54,757 nt of DNA from Candidatus Planktophila sp. (lineage in GTDB: Bacteria; Actinomycetota; Actinomycetes; Nanopelagicales; Nanopelagicaceae): NCBI GenBank assembly GCA_964201705.1, contig CAXNEU010000001.1:1-54757 (forward strand), in the 5' to 3' direction. This document shows positions 43,322 through 50,770 of the stretch, one piece after another. The translations under genes were made by a program, and so were the position numbers. Within the stretch, counting starts at the first letter, position 1; each line of letters starts with the position of its first letter. The notes below the pieces were generated by a model. That model did not search any database. It saw only the letters and a program-made list of their open reading frames with translations, and had not been told where the DNA came from.

Positions 43322-44761
43322 ATGCGTCGCGCGAAGATTGTTTGCACTATGGGTCCAGCAGTTGAATCTGCCGAAAAAGTTCGTGAGTTAATCGACGCTG
43401 GAATGAACATGGCTCGCCTCAATCTTTCACACGGTGGATATCCAGAACATCAAGCGCGCTTAAATCAGGTACGTCTGGCCTCAAAAGAGGCGGGTGTGCC
43501 AGTAGCAATTCTCGTTGACCTGCAAGGCCCAAAGATTCGCTTAGCGCGATTTAAAGCAGGACCACACGATTTGGCGCGCGGAGATATTTTTACAATCACA
43601 ACTGATGAAGTTGAAGGCACCAAAGATCGTGTTGGTACTACCTACAAGGGTCTGCCTGGTGATTGCAAAGCTGGCGACCGCATTTTGATTGATGACGGAA
43701 AGGTCACCGTCGAAGTTATTGAAGTTAAAGGTAATGATGTAGTAACCAAGGTGATCGAACCCGGTGCTGTCAGCAACAATAAAGGAATAAATTTGCCTGG
43801 TGTAGCCGTTTCGGTGCCTGCACTTTCTGATAAAGATATGGATGATCTTCGCTGGGGATTAAAAGCGGGTGCTGATTTCATCGCGCTCTCATTTGTACGG
43901 AGCGCAGATGACATCGTCGATGTGCATCGCATTATGGACGAAGTCGGAATCCGCATCCCAGTAATCGCAAAGATCGAAAAACCACAAGCGGTCGCAAATT
44001 TACAAGAGATTGTCAACGCCTTTGATGGAATTATGGTAGCGCGCGGAGATTTAGGCGTTGAGCTGCCGATAGAAGAGGTGCCTTTAGTACAAAAACATTG
44101 CATCCAGTTGGCTCGTGAAGCTGCCAAACCAGTCATTGTTGCGACCCAGATGCTTGATTCAATGATTACAAATTCACGCCCGACCCGCGCCGAAGCTACA
44201 GATTGCGCAAACGCTGTCCTAGATGGCGCTGACGCCTTGATGTTATCTGGTGAGACTTCTGTGGGCGCATTTGCCATCGAATCTGTTCAAACTATGGCGC
44301 GTATTATTTCCCACACAGAAGAGGGTGGTATGGACATGATCCGCCCAATGAAATCAACGCCAAAGACCAAAGGCGGCGCAATTACCAAAGCAGCAGCTGA
44401 AGTCGGTGCAATTGTTGGCGCTAAATACTTAGTTACCTTCACACAATCAGGTGATTCTGCGCGACGTACCGCACGCTTGCGCTCACCAATTCCGATCTTG
44501 GCATTCACCCCTGAAGTTGGAACCTATAACCGGATGGCCCTTGATTGGGGAGTTGAACCTGAGTTAACGCCAATGGTTAAGCACACAGACGAAATGGTTA
44601 AGCAGGTTGATACTTTTCTACTTAAGTCCAAGCGCTGCAGCGAAGGCGAGTTTGTTGTAATTGTCGCTGGATCACCTCCTGGAATTCCAGGATCAACGAA
44701 CGCGATGCGCGTTCACCGTGTGGGAGATGCCGTGGGAGGCGCTGCTCCCGCCTACCGTTAA
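43322..44761 (+). CDS. pyk: Pyruvate kinase
   Basis: KIVCTMGP, RLNLSHG, DLQGPKIR, IAKIEK, MVARGDLG and ATQML motifs. Confidence 0.99.
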   Translation: MRRAKIVCTMGPAVESAEKVRELIDAGMNMARLNLSHGGYPEHQARLNQVRLASKEAGVPVAILVDLQGPKIRLARFKAGPHDLARGDIFTITTDEVEGTKDRVGTTYKGLPGDCKAGDRILIDDGKVTVEVIEVKGNDVVTKVIEPGAVSNNKGINLPGVAVSVPALSDKDMDDLRWGLKAGADFIALSFVRSADDIVDVHRIMDEVGIRIPVIAKIEKPQAVANLQEIVNAFDGIMVARGDLGVELPIEEVPLVQKHCIQLAREAAKPVIVATQMLDSMITNSRPTRAEATDCANAVLDGADALMLSGETSVGAFAIESVQTMARIISHTEEGGMDMIRPMKSTPKTKGGAITKAAAEVGAIVGAKYLVTFTQSGDSARRTARLRSPIPILAFTPEVGTYNRMALDWGVEPELTPMVKHTDEMVKQVDTFLLKSKRCSEGEFVVIVAGSPPGIPGSTNAMRVHRVGDAVGGAAPAYR

Positions 44762-44776
44762 GATTTGCAGGAAAAG

Positions 44777-44849
44777 GCCTCGGTACTCCAACGGTAGAGA
44801 GGGCAGTCTCAAACACTGCATAGTGTCGGTTCGAATCCGACTCGAGGCA
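44777..44849 (+). tRNA. tRNA-Leu(CAA), short variable loop, CCA not encoded
   Basis: Acceptor GCCTCGG/TCGAGGC, D arm CTC/GAG, anticodon arm GCAGT-CTCAAAC-ACTGC, 5-nt variable loop ATAGT, T arm GTCGG-TTCGAAT-CCGAC, discriminator A. Confidence 0.95.
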
Positions 44850-44850
44850 C

Positions 44851-45453
44851 ATGAACTCAACCAGTAAAGCGACAACACCTCGGATCAGAATTCTGGTCGC
44901 CGAAGACGAGGCCCTGATTCGTATGGATCTAGTTGAGATGTTAAATGAAGCCGGTTATGAAGTTGTGGCCGAGGCCTCCGATGGCGCACAAGCAATTGAA
45001 TTAGCACAATTACATAAACCAGATTTAGCAATTCTCGATGTGAAGATGCCGGTCCTTGATGGAATATCTGCAGCAGAGAAAATAATTGCAATTGCTCCAG
45101 TATTAATGTTGACCGCATTTTCACAACGCGAACTTGTCGAGCGCGCGCGTGATGCCGGAGTAATGGCATATGTTGTTAAACCTTTTTCTATTGGTGATTT
45201 AGTACCAGCAATTGAAATTGCAATCAGCCGGCATTTGCAGATGCGCTCCCTTGCCGAAGAAGTTGCAGATCTTCACGAGCGTTTAGAGACTCGTAAATTA
45301 ATTGATCGCGCAAAGGGAATCTTGATGCAAGCTCTAAATCTTTCTGAGCCCGAATCCTTTTCGTGGATCCAGCGGGCGGCCATGGATCGCCGAATGACCA
45401 TGAAAGAGGTCGCCCTAGCGGTCATCTCACCCGATGCCGTACCCGGCAACTAA
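44851..45453 (+). CDS. pdtaR: ANTAR-domain response regulator (PdtaR/Rv1626-like)
   Basis: REC domain (VAEDE, LDVKMP, LTAFS, VKPF) plus ANTAR domain (LETRKLIDRAKGILM...AMDRR). Lies between pyk and polA as in other actinobacteria. Confidence 0.92.
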   Translation: MNSTSKATTPRIRILVAEDEALIRMDLVEMLNEAGYEVVAEASDGAQAIELAQLHKPDLAILDVKMPVLDGISAAEKIIAIAPVLMLTAFSQRELVERARDAGVMAYVVKPFSIGDLVPAIEIAISRHLQMRSLAEEVADLHERLETRKLIDRAKGILMQALNLSEPESFSWIQRAAMDRRMTMKEVALAVISPDAVPGN

Positions 45454-45534
45454 ACCGATAAAAATCCAGGAACGTAACCAAACCTTTATATTCCCACGCT
45501 CAATTTCAGTTTGTTGGATCACACTTGCAGCCTT

Positions 45535-45584
45535 TAGACTTCCAGCCTCCCTGTCCCGGGACTCAAGAACAGGAAAGGCTATAA
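45535..45584 (+). promoter_or_regulatory. livK promoter and SD-pairing 5' UTR
   Basis: -10 TAGACT at 45535-40. AGCCT/AGGCT and CCTGT/ACAGG pairings cover the SD (AGGAAAGG). Confidence 0.5.
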
Positions 45585-46709
45585 ATGAAGATCTCAAAGA
45601 AGATTATTTCAAGCGTTGCATCAGCAGCACTTGTTACATCTGCAGTTATTGCAGGAACAACAGCAGCATCAGCTGCTGCTTGTGCTGCAAACCTAAAGAT
45701 TTACTTCCAAGGTGCTCAGACTGGTAACTATGCAGAAACTGGTATCAACGAGGCTAACGGCGTAAAGCTTGCAATTGATAAGTACAACGCAAAGAACCCA
45801 AAGGTAAAGATTGATTACGATGTAATCGATACTCAGGCATCAGGTTCACAATCTCCAGCTCTTGCTGCCAAGGTTGTTGCCGATGATTGCGCAATCGGCG
45901 TAGTCGGTGGAATGTACTCAGGCGAGACTCTTGCTGCTGTCCCAATTTATGAGGGCGGTAAGGTTCCAGTAATCTCACCATCAGCTACAAACCCAGCTCT
46001 AACAAACAAGTCACCATACTTCCACCGCGTAGTTGCTAATGACCTTGTACAAGGTCCAGCACTTGCCGGAATCGCAAAGAGACTTAAGGCGAAGCTTTTC
46101 GTTGTTGATGATGCGACTCCTTACGGTAAGGGTCTAGCAATTATCGTAAAGAAGACCGTCCCTAGCCTCATCGTCGGAACAGATGCTGTTACTGAAGGAA
46201 CAACAAACTTCTCATCAGTAGTTGCAAAGATTAAGGCTTCAAAGGCGACAGCAGTCTTCTACGGTGGCTACTACCCAGAAGCAGCTATCTTGATCAAGGC
46301 ACTTCGCGACAATCCTGCAACTAAGAACGTCAAGCTAATCGCTGGCGATGGAGTTCTTGATGGCGAATTCATCACATTGGCTAAGAAGAACGCTGAAGGT
46401 GCATACCTCACAGCTCCTGGCCTTGACATGAAGGCTGCTGCTCCAGCTCTATACAAGGAGTACAAGACAAAGTTCAACCGTGAACCAGGTCTTTACACAC
46501 TTGAGGCTTACAACTCTGCTTACTTCTTCCTAGAAGGAATCAAGAAGGGTAAGACTACTCGCGAGACAATGAACACTTGGATCGGTGAAGCAGTTGTTAA
46601 GGGCGTTGGAATGACAATGTCATTCTCGTCAACTGGTGACTCAGATAAGATCATTATGAACGAGTACACAATCAAGAATGGCAAGATGGTCTGGGTTAGA
46701 GTTCTGTAA
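45585..46709 (+). CDS. livK: Branched-chain amino acid ABC transporter substrate-binding protein
   Basis: Signal peptide and LivJ/K-type motifs (ISPSATNP, FHRVVAND, DDATPYGKGLA, FYGGYY). Strongly biased codon usage. Confidence 0.93.
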   Translation: MKISKKIISSVASAALVTSAVIAGTTAASAAACAANLKIYFQGAQTGNYAETGINEANGVKLAIDKYNAKNPKVKIDYDVIDTQASGSQSPALAAKVVADDCAIGVVGGMYSGETLAAVPIYEGGKVPVISPSATNPALTNKSPYFHRVVANDLVQGPALAGIAKRLKAKLFVVDDATPYGKGLAIIVKKTVPSLIVGTDAVTEGTTNFSSVVAKIKASKATAVFYGGYYPEAAILIKALRDNPATKNVKLIAGDGVLDGEFITLAKKNAEGAYLTAPGLDMKAAAPALYKEYKTKFNREPGLYTLEAYNSAYFFLEGIKKGKTTRETMNTWIGEAVVKGVGMTMSFSSTGDSDKIIMNEYTIKNGKMVWVRVL

Positions 46710-46747
46710 TAAGACTCTTTACCAAGGCTTAAATCCTTAACGAGGAA

Positions 46748-46783
46748 GGCAGAGGGTTCAATTGAACCCTCTGCCGTTTCTCT
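46748..46783 (+). terminator. Perfect 28-nt palindrome; intercistronic terminator or stabiliser
   Basis: GGCAGAGGGTTCAA-TTGAACCCTCTGCC followed by GTTTCTCT, between livK and livH. Confidence 0.85.
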
Positions 46784-46815
46784 ATATTGTTCGTGCTCTA
46801 TGAATTGGAGTTTTT

Positions 46816-47766
46816 GTGGATTTTTCGATTGTTGTCAGTGACTTTGCCTCACTTACGTTGGATGGCATAGTCGTCGGAGCGATTTATGCTCTTGTAGCCC
46901 TTGGCTACACACTGGTCTATGGCGTACTTCGCTTAATCAACTTTGCACACTCTGAAATTTTTATGATGGGCACGATGACTGCCGTCTTTGTTACATCAAT
47001 TCTTGGGTTCACAGGTTACGAAGATCCTCTGCCACTCTGGCGCTTCTTCTTGGTCTTCGCACTTATCGTCATAGCCTCTTCTGTCGTCAGCGGTGGAGCG
47101 GCCGTGATTCTTGAAATCGTTGCTTATCGTCGCCTTCGCAATATGGGTGCAAGTCGCCTCAGCTCGCTAATCTCAGCGATCGGTGCATCATTCTTTCTAA
47201 CCGAAATTTTTCGCCTTTTAACAGATTCACGCAATTTGGATTTTCCACGCATGATCAGTAAAGAACCACTTTTTCAATTTAGTTCTGCCTATGTAACTCA
47301 AGATAAACTTCTTGTTCTAGCAGGTGCAGCGATCCTTTTCTACGGTCTCAACCGAATCATCAATCACACCCGCTTAGGTTTAGGAATTCGTGCTGTATCG
47401 CAAGACGAGCGCACATCTGTCTTGATGGGAGTTAACGTTAACCGAGTCATCTCCTTTACCTTCCTAATTGGCGGTGTTTTAGCCGGAGCGGGTTCTGCTT
47501 TCTATATGGTTTTCTATGAAGTAACGAAATCAAATGTGGGATTCTTAATCGGAATCTCTGCATTTACCGCAGCCGTCCTCGGAGGCATAGGAAATATTCG
47601 CGGAGCCCTGATCGGCTCATTCGCTCTTGGTCTATTCCAGCAATACACCGCAGCCGTTCTTGGATATAACTGGCGAGATGTTGTGACATTCGTAGTCCTA
47701 GTTCTGGTCTTGCTAGTTAAGCCAACGGGGCTATTTGGTGAAGCGCTTCAGAAAGCGAGAGTGTAA
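46816..47766 (+). CDS. livH: BCAA ABC transporter permease LivH
   Basis: ALVALGYTLVYGVLRLINFAH and AAVLGGIGN motifs; GTG after GGAG. Confidence 0.96.
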   Translation: MDFSIVVSDFASLTLDGIVVGAIYALVALGYTLVYGVLRLINFAHSEIFMMGTMTAVFVTSILGFTGYEDPLPLWRFFLVFALIVIASSVVSGGAAVILEIVAYRRLRNMGASRLSSLISAIGASFFLTEIFRLLTDSRNLDFPRMISKEPLFQFSSAYVTQDKLLVLAGAAILFYGLNRIINHTRLGLGIRAVSQDERTSVLMGVNVNRVISFTFLIGGVLAGAGSAFYMVFYEVTKSNVGFLIGISAFTAAVLGGIGNIRGALIGSFALGLFQQYTAAVLGYNWRDVVTFVVLVLVLLVKPTGLFGEALQKARV

Positions 47767-47768
47767 AA

Positions 47769-48794
47769 ATGCCTGATCTATCCAGATTTAATTTACGCGA
47801 TCGTTTCGGGGACTGGTGGGATAAAGCTTCCCCAATACAACGCGGATTCACACGTGTATTTGTAATATCACTTTTCTACGCACTTCCTCTTATCAATAAC
47901 CCGGTTATTGATACCCCGGAAACATCGTTCCAGTCCGTTCTCTTCTATCCACTCGCCATGTTTAGCCTTATGGCAGTTGGTTTGAATGTTGTTGTGGGCA
48001 AGAGCGGAATCCTCGACCTGGGTTATGTTGCCTTCTTCGCAATAGGCGCTTATACCTATGCGATGTTCGCCCTTAAGACATCACTTATTTTTTGGGAGAT
48101 CCTGCCTTTGGCAATGGGATTTGCAATGCTTGCAGGGGTAATTCTTGGCTTACCTGCGCTTCGTCTTCGCGGCGATTATTTGGCGATCATCACTCTCGGA
48201 TTCGGTGAGATTGTTCGTATCGTTGCAATTAATACTGAAGCGATCGGCGGAGCAGCCGGACTTACTTCAATTCCAGGCCCGCCCGCTTTCTTGGGATATG
48301 AATTTACTGTGATGGATCCGCGTCCGTATTACTGGCTAACTCTCACACTTCTTGCCCTCGTTATCTGGGGAGTTCTACGACTCTCGCATCGCAAACCAGG
48401 ACGTGCTTGGGAAGCGATCCGCGAAGATGAAGATGTCGCAGAATTTATGGGAGTTTCAACTTTGAAATATAAGTTATGGGCTTTCATTATCGGTGGCGCA
48501 GTGGGTGGTGCAGCTGGAGCTGTCTATGCCTCACAGATCAGATCAATTCAACCAGAAATGTTTACCCTGAACCTCTCAATTATGATTCTCGCCTGCGTTG
48601 TTTTCGGCGGAATGGGAAACATCTGGGGTGTAATCCTTGGAGCAGTACTTCTCGGTTATCTCCCTGAGAAGCTTCGCTTCTTGAGTGAAACTCGCATCAT
48701 ATTCTTTGGCCTGCTGATGGTCGTCATGATGAATATCCGACCTAATGGTCTTCTTCCACGGAAGAAGCGCGAAGTTGTGGGGGAGAAGAAGTGA
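47769..48794 (+). CDS. livM: BCAA ABC transporter permease LivM
   Basis: LDLGYVAFFAIGAY and LRLRGDYLAIITLGFGEI motifs. Confidence 0.96.
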   Translation: MPDLSRFNLRDRFGDWWDKASPIQRGFTRVFVISLFYALPLINNPVIDTPETSFQSVLFYPLAMFSLMAVGLNVVVGKSGILDLGYVAFFAIGAYTYAMFALKTSLIFWEILPLAMGFAMLAGVILGLPALRLRGDYLAIITLGFGEIVRIVAINTEAIGGAAGLTSIPGPPAFLGYEFTVMDPRPYYWLTLTLLALVIWGVLRLSHRKPGRAWEAIREDEDVAEFMGVSTLKYKLWAFIIGGAVGGAAGAVYASQIRSIQPEMFTLNLSIMILACVVFGGMGNIWGVILGAVLLGYLPEKLRFLSETRIIFFGLLMVVMMNIRPNGLLPRKKREVVGEKK

Positions 48795-49585
48795 TGTCAC
48801 AACAAGTTTCAGGCAAGAAAATTCTTGAAGTCAAAGATCTCGTCGTAAAATTTGGCGGTGTTACTGCACTCGATAGCGTTAACCTGCACGTTAGTGAAGG
48901 AGAAATCGCTGCGCTTATTGGTCCAAACGGAGCCGGAAAGACAACTGTCTTCAATATTGTTACTGGCTATTACACACCCGCTTCAGGATCGGTTACCGTA
49001 GAAGGAAATGCCATGATTGGACTGCGACCATACAAGATTGCGCGCAGTGGCTTGGCTCGTACATTCCAAAATATTCGCCTCTTCGGAGATATGACCGCTC
49101 TTGAAAATGTAGCTACCGCAGCAGATGCTCTCAATAAATCCGGCCTGGTTGGATCACTCTTTGGTGTTCCTCGCAGCCGACGAGATGAGAAGCGGAGCAT
49201 GGAGAAGGCGCACGAACTTCTTACCTTTATTGGTCTGGATCATCGCGCTGGCCAACTCTCACGCAACCTTCCGTATGGCGATCAACGTCGCTTGGAAATT
49301 GCTCGCGCACTAGCGCTCGAGCCGAAGGTACTACTTCTTGACGAACCAGCGGCTGGTTTCAACCCGCAAGAAAAAGTGGAGCTCGGTGAGTTAATTAAGA
49401 GGATTCGCGACCGCGGTCACGCAGTACTTTTAATTGAACACGATATGAGCCTGGTTATGAAGATATCTGATCGAGTCTCAGTTCTCGATTTCGGAAAGAA
49501 AATTGCTGAAGGCACACCTTCGGAAATTCAAAATAATCAACGTGTTATTGATGCGTACTTAGGAGTTGCTGAAGATGCTTCTTAA
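48794..49585 (+). CDS. livG: BCAA ABC transporter ATPase LivG
   Basis: GPNGAGKTT, ARTFQNIRLF, LPYGDQRRLE and LLLDEPAAG motifs. Confidence 0.96.
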   Translation: MSQQVSGKKILEVKDLVVKFGGVTALDSVNLHVSEGEIAALIGPNGAGKTTVFNIVTGYYTPASGSVTVEGNAMIGLRPYKIARSGLARTFQNIRLFGDMTALENVATAADALNKSGLVGSLFGVPRSRRDEKRSMEKAHELLTFIGLDHRAGQLSRNLPYGDQRRLEIARALALEPKVLLLDEPAAGFNPQEKVELGELIKRIRDRGHAVLLIEHDMSLVMKISDRVSVLDFGKKIAEGTPSEIQNNQRVIDAYLGVAEDAS

Positions 49586-50291
49586 TATTGAAAATCTCCA
49601 AGTTTCATACGGCAAGATCAAAGCCATTAAAGGAATATCACTTAATGTAAATCAGGGTGAAATCGTCACGCTAGTTGGCGCAAATGGTGCCGGTAAGACA
49701 ACTCTGTTAAAGACAATTTCGGGAATTCTGAGCCCCGCAGAAGGTGTAATCAACTTTGAAGGAGCCGATCTCTCCAAGATCAAGCCGTATCAACGCGTTA
49801 TTAATGGAATATGTCAAGCGCCAGAAGGTCGCGGTATTTTCCCAGGTATGACGGTTCGCGAAAATCTCGAAATTGGAAAGTACGGCCGAGTAACGGCAAA
49901 AGTTGAGATGGCTGAAGATCTTGAGATGGCGTACTCGCTTTTTCCACGTTTGAAGGAACGCGAAAATCAAGCAGGTGGAACTCTCTCAGGCGGAGAACAG
50001 CAGATGCTATCTATTGGTCGCGCACTGATGAGTCGCCCACGCTTGCTACTTCTTGATGAGCCTTCTATGGGTCTTGCTCCTAAATTTATCTCTGCGATCT
50101 TCAATATTATTCAAGAGATTAAGAAACAGGGCATGACAATTCTTCTCGTTGAGCAGAACGCGGCAAAGGCATTGAGCATTGCTGATCGTGCTTATGTTCT
50201 TGAAACCGGCAATATCACCAAGGAAGGTTCTGGAAAAGAGCTACTTAATGATCCTGCTGTACGCGCTGCATACCTCGGACACGGCGCTTAA
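49575..50291 (+). CDS. livF: BCAA ABC transporter ATPase LivF
   Basis: GANGAGKTT, LSGGEQQM, LDEPSMGL and LVEQN motifs. ATG 49575 follows AGGAG. Confidence 0.96.
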   Translation: MLLNIENLQVSYGKIKAIKGISLNVNQGEIVTLVGANGAGKTTLLKTISGILSPAEGVINFEGADLSKIKPYQRVINGICQAPEGRGIFPGMTVRENLEIGKYGRVTAKVEMAEDLEMAYSLFPRLKERENQAGGTLSGGEQQMLSIGRALMSRPRLLLLDEPSMGLAPKFISAIFNIIQEIKKQGMTILLVEQNAAKALSIADRAYVLETGNITKEGSGKELLNDPAVRAAYLGHGA

Positions 50292-50297
50292 TTTGCG

Positions 50298-50723
50298 CTA
50301 AATACGCTCCGCAAGAATTAAACAAGTAATTCTTGCAGTGCAAGTTCTCTGACCTTGTTCATTGGTAATCACGATTTCATAGCAGCACATGGTCTTGCCT
50401 AAGGAAACAGCAGTTGCAACTCCAGTTACAAAACCTGTTGTAGCCGATTTATGATGCGTTGCATTGATATCGACTCCAACAATTTTTCGGTTTGGTCCTG
50501 CATGAAGTTGAGTTCCGACAGATCCTAAAGATTCGGCGAGAACAACGCTAGCGCCACCGTGCAGTAATCCAATTGGTTGGGTATTTCCCTCAACTGGCAT
50601 ACGACCGACTAATCGCTCGGGGGAAGCCTCCAGAATCTCGATACCCATCTTCTTATCAAGGGCGCCGCTTCCGCGTTCGCGAATCAACTCTAAATAGTTT
50701 GGGGTATTTTTTGGCTGCGTCAT
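50298..50723 (-). CDS. PaaI/MenI family hotdog thioesterase
   Basis: NTQPIGLLHGGASVVLAE and INATH motifs. Start moved to MTQPK so it does not overlap polA. Confidence 0.92.
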   Translation of the reverse strand: MTQPKNTPNYLELIRERGSGALDKKMGIEILEASPERLVGRMPVEGNTQPIGLLHGGASVVLAESLGSVGTQLHAGPNRKIVGVDINATHHKSATTGFVTGVATAVSLGKTMCCYEIVITNEQGQRTCTARITCLILAERI

Positions 50724-50770
50724 AGTTCGAAATAGTAACTTGTTAACGAGTACTTCTCTAGGATGACGCC

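Noticed and set aside
44777-44860. tRNA as an integration site for a prophage or island
   Set aside because: No integrase, no duplicated tRNA 3' end seen in the window, and flanking genes are core and syntenic.
45470-45490. GTAAC-N6-TTTAT upstream of livK as a GlnR box
   Set aside because: The second half-site matches too poorly to support a call.
45434-45727. 97-aa Cys-rich ORF spanning the pdtaR-livK gap
   Set aside because: The Cys runs come from the off-frame GCT/GCA repeats of the livK signal peptide, and the ORF overlaps two real genes.
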